Source: Candidatus Acidiferrum sp.
Lineage (GTDB): Bacteria; Acidobacteriota; Terriglobia; Acidiferrales; UBA7541
Reading direction: 5' to 3'
Length of the DNA: 64,000 nucleotides
Assembly (NCBI GenBank): GCA_035272765.1
Contig: DATEQG010000028.1
Location: 14,068 to 78,067, forward strand
Part shown: positions 51,201 to 59,876 of the stretch, in pieces
Layout: each line of letters begins with the position of its first letter
Position numbering within the stretch: the stretch's first letter is position 1
Notes under the pieces: model-generated
Databases searched by the model: none
Told to the model about the DNA's origin: nothing
Seen by the model: only the letters and a program-made list of their open reading frames with translations
Made by a program: the position numbers and the translations under genes

Positions 51201-51682
51201 AACTGCAGCGGGTAGGTCAAATCGCCTCCTGGATTGGGCAGGTTCTCGAGCGCTTTTGCGTTCAGTGTCGTGGATGTGTTCGCATTTTCCGGGTTGAGAA
51301 TCGCAGCTTCGCCTCTTACCTCTATGCTTTCTTTCGCTTGCGCCACCTTCAGAATGAAATTGACCGTCTGCTTCTGTCCCAGCCCCGAGGGCACAGCGTC
51401 ATTCTTCTGCGGCTCGAATCCGTCTGCTTCCACTTTGACCATATACACACCGGGACTTAACTGGGCAAAGTTGAAACGCCCGGATTCATCGGTAAGGGCG
51501 GAGCGCTTCAGTCCCGTGGCAGCATTGACGATGGTTACGGCGACGCCCGCGACGCCCGCTCCGCTCGCGTCGCCCACCTGGCCCACGATCGCGCTCGTCG
51601 TTTCGCCCTGTGCGGAAACCGCTTTCGGCATAAGCAGGCATCCCGCAATTAGCGATATCGCTAAAGTGGTTCGCACCGTCAT
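48212..51682 (-). CDS. TonB-dependent receptor (Oar-like, carboxypeptidase-regulatory N-domain)
   Basis: Signal peptide; VTKSGSNQFHG, FYAQDTWK, FFNVFNHPNF, PRMIAFQMRLEF with C-terminal Phe. Confidence 0.92.
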   Translation of the reverse strand: MTVRTTLAISLIAGCLLMPKAVSAQGETTSAIVGQVGDASGAGVAGVAVTIVNAATGLKRSALTDESGRFNFAQLSPGVYMVKVEADGFEPQKNDAVPSGLGQKQTVNFILKVAQAKESIEVRGEAAILNPENANTSTTLNAKALENLPNPGGDLTYPLQFAAGALINTAGSGNDFVGSSNGYGNVEFNGLPALSNGYIVDGLETNDPLTNLNSGLSTNLVLGLNSISEVTVNTLSYAVDQGRYGASQINYVTKSGSNQFHGNLYELWNGSRFNAADFFTNATPGNHKPRSTVNHFGGSLGGPIVRDKLFFFFDSEWVRIALPIVTAATVPTPAFQSYVLNQLPLGGTDTVTGTVYLPSPQLVPFYQKMFSLYGNTSGTPLAVLGCPFDAGGGAPVVANDGTGCANRQSVSHSSDDHEQVQTARIDYNINEKNTTWYRFQADTGVQAAYTDPINAMFDSVSPQPLYSFAAGYTHVFSQNLVNYFNPAFSWYESLFGPADFAQTLSVFPIVLQGSGANAPFTTVGGLDNTWVQGRRASRFFINDNLAWSHGAHELRFGTNTRIFRLNDYDFGEGTVPTVVYTTLPQYIYGVASTATETFPASANEPFNFLNLDFYAQDTWKVTKKLTWTFGIRDTFNSNPLNPHEQIARVGGSFASIAHDVNQPLDAAIQTHLDKVFSSTPVAILQPRTALAWQFQSKTVLRAGFGLFSDILPGSIADVVGMNPPYVKTFQGGLLGTAGGTAIAPGVLNSAIDATVAANEMFTTGFSRGQLSCASPLASPSTCLPPVAITAVPDGELHAPYFMEWSLGLEQQLGNTGSLRAQYVGTRAVNQPYLTQVNGHQTVCEGCFAPFPYEQSTDPRFGAVTQFSTGANSHYDGLQITAQKRFGNGLMGQMNYTWSRCMDTVSNGGFLQFSAGGILSPLPGDLARDYGPCDYDIRSNLNAQYVYSLPMKVRNGSLRYVLNGWQVSGTLFWHSGIPFSVLSTPYSANGNGIVNGSGPQFASVVPGVPLYEHNPIAGVTQPGTVQWLNPNAFVSAVDPSTGACAGGDSAKNCQFGNLGRNALRGPDFTWSDFYLTKSFPLRERLKLRFDTQFFNVFNHPNFGLPSMVLAGIPGKPSTQTGFGALTYTTSPPTGLLGVGLGGDSTPRMIAFQMRLEF

Positions 51683-51780
51683 GATGATTTGTCCGCGTTT
51701 CTCAGAAACATCTGGCCCTTCCGAAGTCACAAGGAGAGCCCACCTTCCGAGGCGGGCAGTTTTCTGCCATTTCGCCATTT

Positions 51781-51809
51781 ACTATAGTTAAGTTCCGTAC
51801 TTAAGGCAA
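51781..51809 (-). promoter_or_regulatory. Promoter of the TonB receptor with operator-like inverted repeat
   Basis: TTGCCT, 17 nt, TATAGT; TTAAGT-N5-ACTTAA (51788-51804) in the spacer. Confidence 0.6.
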
Positions 51810-52029
51810 GTAAAGAACATTGGTAAAAGTAGCTTATGTTCCCATTTGGAACTGCGCAAGGAACCGGCCAGCCGCTCGCGCTTGTGCGCAGGGCAGCCAC
51901 GGTTCTAGAATAGGAATCAGCAGCTGAGGACGATTTTGCAAGTCTGCACTCATTCCGCTGCACATACATACGCTTTAGGTTTCGTTTGATTTTATTCGAA
52001 AGGACTCATAGCCTCCGAGAGCCCCTCTT

Positions 52030-53394
52030 ATGAACCTTGCTGAATTTATAGAAGGTAATCGAGATAAGCATTTGGCAGAGCTCTGCGAATTTTTGCGAAT
52101 TCCCAGCGTGAGCGCCAAGAGCGAACACAAGCCCGACATCGAACGCGCCGCTCGCTGGGTGGCCGACAATCTTCGCGCCGCCGGTTTTCAGAAAATTGAA
52201 ATCGTCCCTACAAATCTTCATCCGCTCGTCTACGCGGAATCTCTCGAAGCTCCCGGGAAGCCCACCATCCTCTTTTACGGCCACTATGATGTACAGCCCG
52301 CGGAGCCGCTCGACCTTTGGACGTCGCCCGCCTTCGAGCCCGCCGTTCGCGATGGCAATCTGTTCGGTCGCGGCACCGCCGACGACAAAGGCCAGGTCCA
52401 CATCCATCTAAAAGCGCTCGAATCCATCCATAAAGTGAATGGAAAGCTGCCCATCAACGTAAAAGTCCTGATCGAAGGCGAAGAAGAAGTAGGCAGCGTC
52501 AGCCTCTGGGACTACGTGCAAAAGAATAAAGAAAAACTTAAGGCCGATGCGCTCGTGGTTTCTGACACCTCGATGCTTGCAAAAGGTGTGCCTTCCATCA
52601 CCTATGGTTTGCGTGGATTGAATTATTACCAGATCGAACTGACGGGTCCCGCGCGCGATCTTCATTCCGGTGTGTACGGCGGCGCGGTCCCCAATCCGTT
52701 GACAATTCTGGCCGAACTCTTCGCCAAGCTTCACGATAAGAATTTCCGCGTCGCCATTCCAGGCTTCTACGATAAAGTCGCAAGAATCTCCGCGCCCGAA
52801 CGCAAAGCGTTGAATGCCCTTCCTTGGAAGAAAAAGGCGTTCGAAGAAGCGGTTGGCGCACCCGGCTATGAGGGAGAGAAAGGCGCGTCCATCGTCGAGC
52901 AGCTCTGGACGCGGCCAACGCTCGAGCTGAACGGGATGTGGGGAGGCTATCAAGGCGAAGGCGCCAAGACGGTCATTCCCTCGAAAGCTTACGCGAAATT
53001 TTCCACGCGCCTCGTTCCCAATCAGGATCCGCACAAAATTGCGGCGCTCGTCGAAAAACACATCCGAAAACTCTTGCCCAAGTCTGTAAAATGTAAATTC
53101 GAGGTGCTAAGCACCGGCAAGCCCTGGGTGGCGCCCTTCCACGCGCCCATTTTCAAAATGGCTCAGAGCGCCCTCGAAAAAGGCTTCGGAAAAAAAGCCG
53201 CGTTCATTCGCGAAGGCGGCTCGATCCCCTTCGTCACGCAGATGCACGACACCTTCAAAGTTCCGTGTGTGCTCATCGGCTTCGGCTTGCCCGACGAAAA
53301 CGCGCACGCACCCGACGAACATCTCGCCCTGGAGAATTATTTCGGCGGCATCAAAGCCATCGCCCATTTCTATTCCGGCCTTGCCGCTCTCTAG
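52030..53394 (+). CDS. M20 family dipeptidase
   Basis: YGHYDVQP, GRGTADDKG, IEGEEEVGS, DLHSG, GGSIP, NAHAPDE. Confidence 0.93.
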   Translation: MNLAEFIEGNRDKHLAELCEFLRIPSVSAKSEHKPDIERAARWVADNLRAAGFQKIEIVPTNLHPLVYAESLEAPGKPTILFYGHYDVQPAEPLDLWTSPAFEPAVRDGNLFGRGTADDKGQVHIHLKALESIHKVNGKLPINVKVLIEGEEEVGSVSLWDYVQKNKEKLKADALVVSDTSMLAKGVPSITYGLRGLNYYQIELTGPARDLHSGVYGGAVPNPLTILAELFAKLHDKNFRVAIPGFYDKVARISAPERKALNALPWKKKAFEEAVGAPGYEGEKGASIVEQLWTRPTLELNGMWGGYQGEGAKTVIPSKAYAKFSTRLVPNQDPHKIAALVEKHIRKLLPKSVKCKFEVLSTGKPWVAPFHAPIFKMAQSALEKGFGKKAAFIREGGSIPFVTQMHDTFKVPCVLIGFGLPDENAHAPDEHLALENYFGGIKAIAHFYSGLAAL

Positions 53395-53503
53395 TCGCGG
53401 GAATTTTTTACGCGGCCAATCGCTGGAAGCGGCATTCTTGCGGGTTATTCACAAGAGCCTCTCAAAAAAGCTGCATTTTTCCGGCCTTTTTTGCGGTTTT
53501 TCC

Positions 53504-53532
53504 TTGCGTTCTCCTTTTACCTTGGCTATAGT
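53504..53532 (+). promoter_or_regulatory. Sigma70 promoter upstream of HU
   Basis: TTGCGT, 17 nt, TATAGT. Confidence 0.6.
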
Positions 53533-53637
53533 GCCGAGCGGCCCGAGTTTTTCCGCAGCAATACAGGGGTTTTTCGCTCGCGGCCTGCCCCGCTCGTTTC
53601 GGGGTGGAAAGTAAATACAGGAGGATAAGCAGACTAG

Positions 53638-53931
53638 ATGGCAGCCAAGCCAATGAGCAAGAGCAAGATCGTGTCGCACATCGCCGAGAAGTGCGCCACA
53701 CCAAAGAAAACCGCAGCGCTCTTTTTTGAAGAGCTCTTTAAGCTCGCGGTGAAGGAAGCCAAGGGCGCCGCGGGCAAGTTCGTCATTCCGAACATCGGCC
53801 GCGTCGTGAAAGCGCACCGCAAGGCGCGCATGGGCCGTAACCCCCAGACGGGCGAAGCGATCAAGATCAAGGCCAAGACCGTAGTTCGCCTGCGCCCGGC
53901 GAAGGCGTTCAAGGACGCCGTCCTGAAGTAG
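53638..53931 (+). CDS. hup: HU family DNA-binding protein
   Basis: RKARMGRNPQTGEAIKIKAK; AGGAGG RBS. Confidence 0.92.
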   Translation: MAAKPMSKSKIVSHIAEKCATPKKTAALFFEELFKLAVKEAKGAAGKFVIPNIGRVVKAHRKARMGRNPQTGEAIKIKAKTVVRLRPAKAFKDAVLK

Positions 53932-54058
53932 ATTCCCTGTTTCGCAGGGAAGAGGCCCGGACACAGCGCACGAGAATCGGCCGGCGCTCTTACGCAGAGT
54001 TTGCTCGCCGCTATTTCAGACCGCGCTAGGTACCTGGGCAGGTGTCCCGGTTGAGTTT

Positions 54059-54099
54059 GCCCCTGATGGCCTGATCACTCAGGCTCTCAGGGGCTTTTT
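54059..54099 (+). terminator. Rho-independent terminator
   Basis: GCCCCTGA...TCAGGGGC stem with an inner GCCTGA/TCAGGC stem, then TTTTT. Confidence 0.8.
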
Positions 54100-54150
54100 A
54101 TTGCCGCTATGCTTCCAACGACCCAGCGAGATTCTAAGTTCTCGCGTGAA

Positions 54151-54519
54151 TTACAGCGTCTTTACGTAAGCGATGACGTCCCTGATCTGCTGTTCTTCCA
54201 GAGCGTCTTTGAAGGGTGGCATCAGCGAATCGCCGTTCTCGATCCAGGTTTTCAGCGTTTCGTCGGTCACCTTGTTATTGTTTACGGTAAACGTGCCGCG
54301 CTTGGAAATTCCTTTTAGTCCGGGACCGATTTTTTTCGCGTCGCTATCCGCAAAGTGGCAGACGCTGCATTTCTGATCGAACACTTCCTTGCCTTTGGTC
54401 GGAGAGCCTTTGGCGGCCGTCGTTTTTTTTGGAGCCGGCTTTGCCGCCGGATCCTGCGCAAAGACGGCCACAGTCATGCCCAATAACGCGATTCCAAGTA
54501 TCAGATAATTTCGCTTCAC
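54151..54519 (-). CDS. Monoheme cytochrome c
   Basis: Signal peptide; CSVCH; IGPGLKG; MPPF distal Met. Confidence 0.9.
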   Translation of the reverse strand: MKRNYLILGIALLGMTVAVFAQDPAAKPAPKKTTAAKGSPTKGKEVFDQKCSVCHFADSDAKKIGPGLKGISKRGTFTVNNNKVTDETLKTWIENGDSLMPPFKDALEEQQIRDVIAYVKTL

Positions 54520-54736
54520 GTCTCCCCCTTCGTCATGGACTGCAAAATCTTTCGGTGCGACGCCTTCGCGTGCGCCCTAGCGCGCAAAACGGCGTGCTAA
54601 GTGCGCCCCCATCTTCTCTTTTTATGGCCGCAATTTCCACTCCCGCGACCCGGCATAAAGTACAGGTTGCTCCTGCGCACCGATGGGACTCTCGTACTTT
54701 TGACGCCCTCAAAACCGTGTGTTAACAATTTACACC

Positions 54737-55219
54737 ATGAGCCAGGAAACCCTGACGAGGGCGTGGGAGATCCTTCAAGACGCTTACCAGGCCCAGATGG
54801 AGGGCGACTACGACCGGGCCGTGGAGCTCTATCAATCCTCGCTCGAACTGCACCCGACTGCCGAGGCCTACACATTTCTCGGCTGGACGTATCATTTTCA
54901 GGGCCGCATCGAAGATGCCATCGCCGAATGCAAGCGCGCGATTGAAGTCGATCCCGAGTTCGGCAATCCGTACAACGACATCGGAGCGTATTTGATCGAG
55001 CTGAGCCGATTCGATGAAGCGATTCCGTGGCTCGAACGCGCCACCGAAGCACGCCGTTATGAACCGCGCCATTTTCCTCACTACAATTTGGGCCGCGCGT
55101 ATCTCGGCAAGGAAATGTACGCGCGCGCGATGAAGTGTTTTCAAGAGGCGCTCGAAATCGAGCCGCGGTATTCGCTGGCGCGGCAGGCACTCGCTTCGCT
55201 CCGCCGCATGGTGAATTGA
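54737..55219 (+). CDS. Tetratricopeptide repeat protein
   Basis: AEAYTFLGW, GNPYNDIG, PHYNLG TPR helices. Confidence 0.88.
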   Translation: MSQETLTRAWEILQDAYQAQMEGDYDRAVELYQSSLELHPTAEAYTFLGWTYHFQGRIEDAIAECKRAIEVDPEFGNPYNDIGAYLIELSRFDEAIPWLERATEARRYEPRHFPHYNLGRAYLGKEMYARAMKCFQEALEIEPRYSLARQALASLRRMVN

Positions 55220-55390
55220 GAAGAGAGTGAGTAGTGAATAGTGAGCAGGGCGCGATGCAGAGTGGATCGCGCAAAGTCGACAGGTTGCAGCCGACAGCCA
55301 ACAGTAAGAAAAATCCTGAAAAACAGTTTGGACGCTGCGCTCAGCCTTCGAGATTCGTGTCGCGCGACGAGCACGGTCGAGGTGCGAAGA

Positions 55391-55414
55391 GGGCACGATG
55401 TATCGTGCCCCTAC
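55391..55414 (-). repeat. GTAG-family REP-like palindrome
   Basis: Minus strand GTAGGGGCACGATACATCGTGCCC: GGGCACGAT/ATCGTGCCC stem. Confidence 0.75.
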
Positions 55415-55455
55415 GGGCCGCAGGAATTCGTCGCGCGATTGTAACAATACCGGCA

Positions 55456-56730
55456 TCATTGCGACGCTTCCTGCGCGGCGAGTTTGATGGCGCGGTCGTA
55501 AATCCAGAGAAGAAGAGCTGTGGCAAAGCCGACGGCGCTGATGGCCCACCAGGCGCGCTCGGGGTGGTGGGCGACTTCGCCGAAGTGGTGCATCATCGTG
55601 CCGCCGAACCAGCCGCCTACCAGTGAGCCGATTCCGATCGGTAGAAATGCGAAACCCATGTAGGTGCCTTGCTGGCCCGGAGGTGCGAGTCGTGAAATGT
55701 ACGCATAATAGGGCGGTTGCTGAATGATTTCGCCGAGAGCTAGCACGGCGATCGAACACACCGCACCAATTACCGTCGGCCAGAACGCCAGGACAAGCCA
55801 AGAAGCTGATGAAATGACAGTGCCGAGAATGACGGCGTGAAACGGCGGAATTTTGCGGGCGAGATAGTTGACCGCAAAAGTAAGGCAGACAACGATGGCA
55901 GCGTCGGTGATGAGAATGAGCTCGACGTGGGCGTTGGGATCCACGTACGTGTGAATGAAGCCCGGCAGGCTGGTGTATTGCTGCCAGAAGACGATCCAGT
56001 AGCCAGTGAAGATGAGAAGGAAAATGAGGAAACGCGGCGGCCAGATAACCGCGCGAAAGTTTCGCATGACTTGGAGAACACTCGGCGCGGGCGCGTCCCC
56101 CGGTTTGCGGGGATCGCGGAAGAAAAATAGGATGAGGAAAAACATGGCGAAAACGCTGAGCGCGGAAATGCGAAAAACTCGTTCGAGTCCAAAGTGCGTG
56201 TGCGCCCAGTTTGCGACGAACGGGCCGGCGGTACCCCCGATGTTCACCATGGTGTAGTAAATCGAATAGCCGAGGGTGCGGACATTTTCCTTGGACGCCC
56301 GGGCAGTGGTGCCGACGACGCACGGTTTTACAAGTGCGATGCCGAGCGCGGGAAGAATCAGGATGACGCCGACAAACAAACTGAGCGGAACCGCGCCGCG
56401 AATGGGCGCGAGCCACGACGCGCCGATCGAACCAATCAGAAAATATGCGGCCGCCAGAATGAGATAGGCCATCGAGAGAGCGCGGCGAAAGCCGAGCTTG
56501 TCCGCGACGGCGCCGCCGAAAATCGCCAGAAACCAAACCATGCCACCGAAAATGCCGGTGAGCGTGCCTGTCTGTTCGGTGGAGAAATTCAATTTTTCCT
56601 GGAGGTAAACCGCGAGCGAGGAGAAAGCACCGTAATAGGAGAGGCGCTCGAAGATTTCGCTGACGTTGGCGACCCAAAAGGGTCGCTCGAAGCCATCGCG
56701 GATTTCCTGGAGCCGTAGGCTAACGCTCAT
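55456..56730 (-). CDS. MFS transporter (POT/peptide-like)
   Basis: EIFERLSYYG (ExxER), ADKLGFRR, YTMVNIG; RBS-backed ATG at 56730; frame stays open to 57336. Confidence 0.9.
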   Translation of the reverse strand: MSVSLRLQEIRDGFERPFWVANVSEIFERLSYYGAFSSLAVYLQEKLNFSTEQTGTLTGIFGGMVWFLAIFGGAVADKLGFRRALSMAYLILAAAYFLIGSIGASWLAPIRGAVPLSLFVGVILILPALGIALVKPCVVGTTARASKENVRTLGYSIYYTMVNIGGTAGPFVANWAHTHFGLERVFRISALSVFAMFFLILFFFRDPRKPGDAPAPSVLQVMRNFRAVIWPPRFLIFLLIFTGYWIVFWQQYTSLPGFIHTYVDPNAHVELILITDAAIVVCLTFAVNYLARKIPPFHAVILGTVISSASWLVLAFWPTVIGAVCSIAVLALGEIIQQPPYYAYISRLAPPGQQGTYMGFAFLPIGIGSLVGGWFGGTMMHHFGEVAHHPERAWWAISAVGFATALLLWIYDRAIKLAAQEASQ

Positions 56731-56931
56731 CGATCCCCCTGAATAAGGTGCGGGGATTGTACTTGAAGAGTTGAGAAGTCCAAGATTGAAACTTGAAGGA
56801 AGAGCACCGTTCCGCGGACTCGTACGCTTGGTTCGCGACCCGTGGTCAAAGGAAAGGCGAGCGGCTCGGTTCCCGACAGGGCTGGGGGCAAACGAACAAG
56901 GCGATTTTTCATGTGTGCGGATTGCCGGATG

Positions 56932-57371
56932 CCCCCACCCCCGGGGGTATCCGCGAGTTATGAAGTAAACGATTGAGGGGACAGGGGTTGCGGGCGTTTC
57001 TGCGTGTACGCGGAGGGATCGCTGTGGAAAAAACAGGAAGGGAGCGGGTCGTAGGGCAAAGGTCACCCCCCGGGGAGTCTTTTCGCAAGTGCGGATTCTA
57101 AACAGGTTAGCGGGACGTTTTTCTGAAGTGCGCATTCTAGAGAAGTTAGTGATCCAAGGGATTTCTTTGGTGCGGGCGTGGCTGGCGACGTGACTGAGCG
57201 ACGGAGGGCTTGGAGTGCGGGCAGGTGGGGATTTTAACGCCGCGACCGGATTAGGGTAAACGCCGGGCACAGAGTTCACGGAGGCCAGACGAAGGGGAGG
57301 GAAATCGGGCGAAATGGCGATTGGCGAGCGAAACATAGGACATGGTAGCAGACGTAACAGACGAGTGTCTA
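56932..57371 (-). repeat. Dispersed promoter-bearing element with 39-bp repeats (copy 2)
   Basis: GTGCGGATTCTAAA at 57089 and GTGCGCATTCTAGA at 57128; CACCCCC(C)GGG boxes near 57064 and 56935; TAGACA, 18 nt, TACCAT (57371-57342); ATG 57336. Confidence 0.8.
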
Positions 57372-57598
57372 CTGATTTATTATATTATCGACATGTGATT
57401 CGAACGAGATGAGCTGGTTCGAACGGGAGGGACAGAAGTTGAAGGATTGGAAGGAGTTGGGGCGGAGTTTAGTAGTTTGATACAGCTGTGGAAATGTGTG
57501 GAAAATTTTAAAGATGGAGGAAGCCGCCGTTTGAAAATAGGGAGGCCGAGAAGAATCTCGGCACGCGGAATAAACTGACAGCCGACTGTCGTCAACGT

Positions 57599-58021
57599 TC
57601 AGGAAACCAAGTGGGGCGCGGCGAGGTTCACGAACTCCCGCGCGCTCACAACCTTTGTCGCCCCCCAAAACCTCGGGAAATGGCGCAAGTTCCCGGTAAC
57701 CAGATAGTCTGCGCGGGCTTCATCGGCGCATTCGAGGAACTTGTCGTCGTCCGGATCGCTGGACGCTCTTACTAGCCGCGTGGGCGAAACCAAACGAGAC
57801 CGATTCTCGACCAGGTCAAGAAATTGCATTTGTAGTCCTCTGCGTATACGCAACTCTGGCCTCGCCAAAACCACGCGGTACTCTGCCAGAATCGCTTCGG
57901 ACACGTACAGCCGCGCAGGCTTGGCAATGGCCAGGAGGAAAACGGTGCGCTGCAAACCCTCTGGCTTGAGCGCCGCTGAAATCACGACATTTGTGTCAAG
58001 GACCAACCGCAGAGGGAGCAT
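57599..58021 (-). CDS. PIN-domain toxin
   Basis: VLDTNVVISA, EY, DPDDDKFLECA, ADYLVTGN. Confidence 0.9.
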   Translation of the reverse strand: MLPLRLVLDTNVVISAALKPEGLQRTVFLLAIAKPARLYVSEAILAEYRVVLARPELRIRRGLQMQFLDLVENRSRLVSPTRLVRASSDPDDDKFLECADEARADYLVTGNLRHFPRFWGATKVVSAREFVNLAAPHLVS

Positions 58022-58314
58022 CAGCGCTTCGTTTTTTGCGCGCGCGTCTTTCGGATCAACTGATCGATCGCTCGCGATGTGAAGACGTCCGTGCGATTCT
58101 GTCTGGACTCTTCGCCGAGGGCTTTCAGAATTTCTGGTTCAGGTGCTGCCAGCCGCACGTAATCTCGTATGCTCAGCAGCACGGCTCGCGGGGTCCCGCG
58201 TTTCTCGATCACCAGCGACCCGTGGTTCTCTTCGACTTGACGCAGCAAGCTGCCGAAGTGCGTTCGTGCCCTCAGCGCCGAAACAACCATTCCATGGTTT
58301 TTTTTCGTTTTCAT
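58021..58314 (-). CDS. Phd/YefM-family antitoxin
   Basis: ALRARTHFGSLLRQV, LVIEKRGTPRAVLLSIRDY; 1-nt overlap with PIN gene. Confidence 0.88.
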   Translation of the reverse strand: MKTKKNHGMVVSALRARTHFGSLLRQVEENHGSLVIEKRGTPRAVLLSIRDYVRLAAPEPEILKALGEESRQNRTDVFTSRAIDQLIRKTRAQKTKR

Positions 58315-58389
58315 GGCCAACGTCAACTCTTCAGTCTGCCACTGTGAACTGTACAGTTCCAAACCGGCACTGTCAATGGGCCGGGCGAG

Positions 58390-59045
58390 GTTACTGAAAT
58401 CTTGAGCCGTCCCTCGTATTGCACATTGAAAAGTAAAGAGCCCAGGTGCAAAACCGGCATCTGGGTATCCGGCAACCGACCAGCGTCCGTAATCAGGTCA
58501 GAGAAAAACCATGTCATCTAAAGGGTGGCTAAACTCGTTTGGTATGCACTGCGCTTTTTTACGCAGTTTGTGCAGTTCTTCCTCTGCAAGGGTTCCAATT
58601 GGCCAAGTTTGAATAGCCGTGCCGGGCATCTGGTACCACACCTTATCTTTGGGCTGGGCCTGATAGATTTTTTGAACTAGGTAACGCTGTCAGGCTCAGC
58701 TCCGAATTCTTGGATTGCACTGGTCCAGCACTTTTGGGCATTTCAGTCCCCCGTCTGATTTTTGTGCGTCCCGAAGATACGCGGGCAGTCTCACTTGCAC
58801 TGGTGCAGCTTGGATCAGACTTAATCCCTTCGAAAGATGACATTTGCTGGAGCTCTCGTCCACTCAATGTTCGCGACCGCAAGGAAGACCACACAAACGA
58901 TTCACCCGGCTGGTGGGGTAGTTTTTGAGTTCGGCTGTGCGCACTTTGGAGTTTTGTTTGAGACGGTCTGATCTTTTCTAAGGGTTTGCCACTAACTTCT
59001 GCTGCTTCCGTTTCGTATTGGGCGACTTCACCAGAGTCGCGAACG
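58390..59045 (-). pseudogene. Possible degraded coding relic (lower GC)
   Basis: Broken minus-strand frames such as RYLVQKIYQAQPKDKVWYQMPG...GTLAEEELHKLRKKA; no intact start; identity unknown. Confidence 0.3.
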
Positions 59046-59049
59046 AACG

Positions 59050-59469
59050 TTATGGTCGACGCCTGGATCCATCCCGCTTCTTAGAAACAATTCCTGACGT
59101 TGCGGATTGCACCATATACGCCGAGCGCGTCATGCCCGCTTGCCTAGCCAGGCGGTCGATCAGCTCGATCTGATTTTCGCGCGCCGTGACGTTGACGCGA
59201 ACGGTTTTTGATTTTGGAAAGTCTGCGGTGACCAGGAAAGCTACTGCATTTTGTCTGGCGGGGTCGGCAACCAAGTCATCTATCCTGGACGGCTTGGGAA
59301 TCTTTTGTCCGTCTTCCATCATGCCTGCGATATGGAACGCCAGCGCTTCCGGAGCCTTGCGGCGCGCCTCGTCGAGCGACTTTCCTGTTGTTATGCAGCC
59401 GGGAAAATCGGGGAAGCTGACGCCAAAATCGGATTTGCTGTCTTTGTGCAGATAGGCGATATAGTCCAT
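59050..59469 (-). CDS. hicB: HicB-family antitoxin
   Basis: FGVSFPDFPGCITTG..LDEA; C-terminal RHH VRVNVT...TRSAYM. Confidence 0.92.
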   Translation of the reverse strand: MDYIAYLHKDSKSDFGVSFPDFPGCITTGKSLDEARRKAPEALAFHIAGMMEDGQKIPKPSRIDDLVADPARQNAVAFLVTADFPKSKTVRVNVTARENQIELIDRLARQAGMTRSAYMVQSATSGIVSKKRDGSRRRP

Positions 59470-59471
59470 TT

Positions 59472-59660
59472 TTACCTCAACCTGATGCTGGCTTGTCTTT
59501 CAATGCTTCTAAGAGTGCCTATGGGAATGTCGCGGACTGGATGAGGGACAGTAACTCTTCCCGTCTTCGTGCCGTGCTTGAACTGCTTGTGGCTCCCTTC
59601 GTGGGCAACTTCATACCAGCCGTCTTCTCGCAGGCGTTGGATGACCTCACGGCTGCTCAT
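59472..59660 (-). CDS. hicA: HicA-family mRNA interferase toxin
   Basis: DGWYEV, GSHKQFKH, VTVPHP, GTLRSI. Confidence 0.93.
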   Translation of the reverse strand: MSSREVIQRLREDGWYEVAHEGSHKQFKHGTKTGRVTVPHPVRDIPIGTLRSIERQASIRLR

Positions 59661-59876
59661 GCCCAAGAATACACACTTTTGACACACTGGTCAAATTGAT
59701 GTCTGTTCGTCACGGCGAAGCGGGAAGAAAAAGCGTCGGCCTGCTGCGTTCGAAATGACGTGATGGCGCGAGGGTCGAGAAGGAGTCGGCATGAGATGGC
59801 TGTCTGGGTCGGGTCGGCAGGGCGGGTTAAAGAAGACGCCGTCGTTGCGGGCCCCGGCAGCCGCCGGAAAGCTTGG

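Noticed and set aside
51683-51780. Cobalamin or TPP riboswitch before the TonB receptor
   Set aside because: A CTGAGA is present, but the surrounding TPP core and the B12 box are absent and the leader is too short
55220-55250. Short heptamer-like runs (GTGAGTA GTGAATA GTGAGCA; similar near 56761 and 57436)
   Set aside because: Only 2-3 degenerate units of low-complexity intergenic sequence; no function can be supported
58500-58700. In-frame TGA codons as selenocysteine readthrough
   Set aside because: Multiple stops and frame changes, no Cys-homolog context and no SECIS-like hairpin seen
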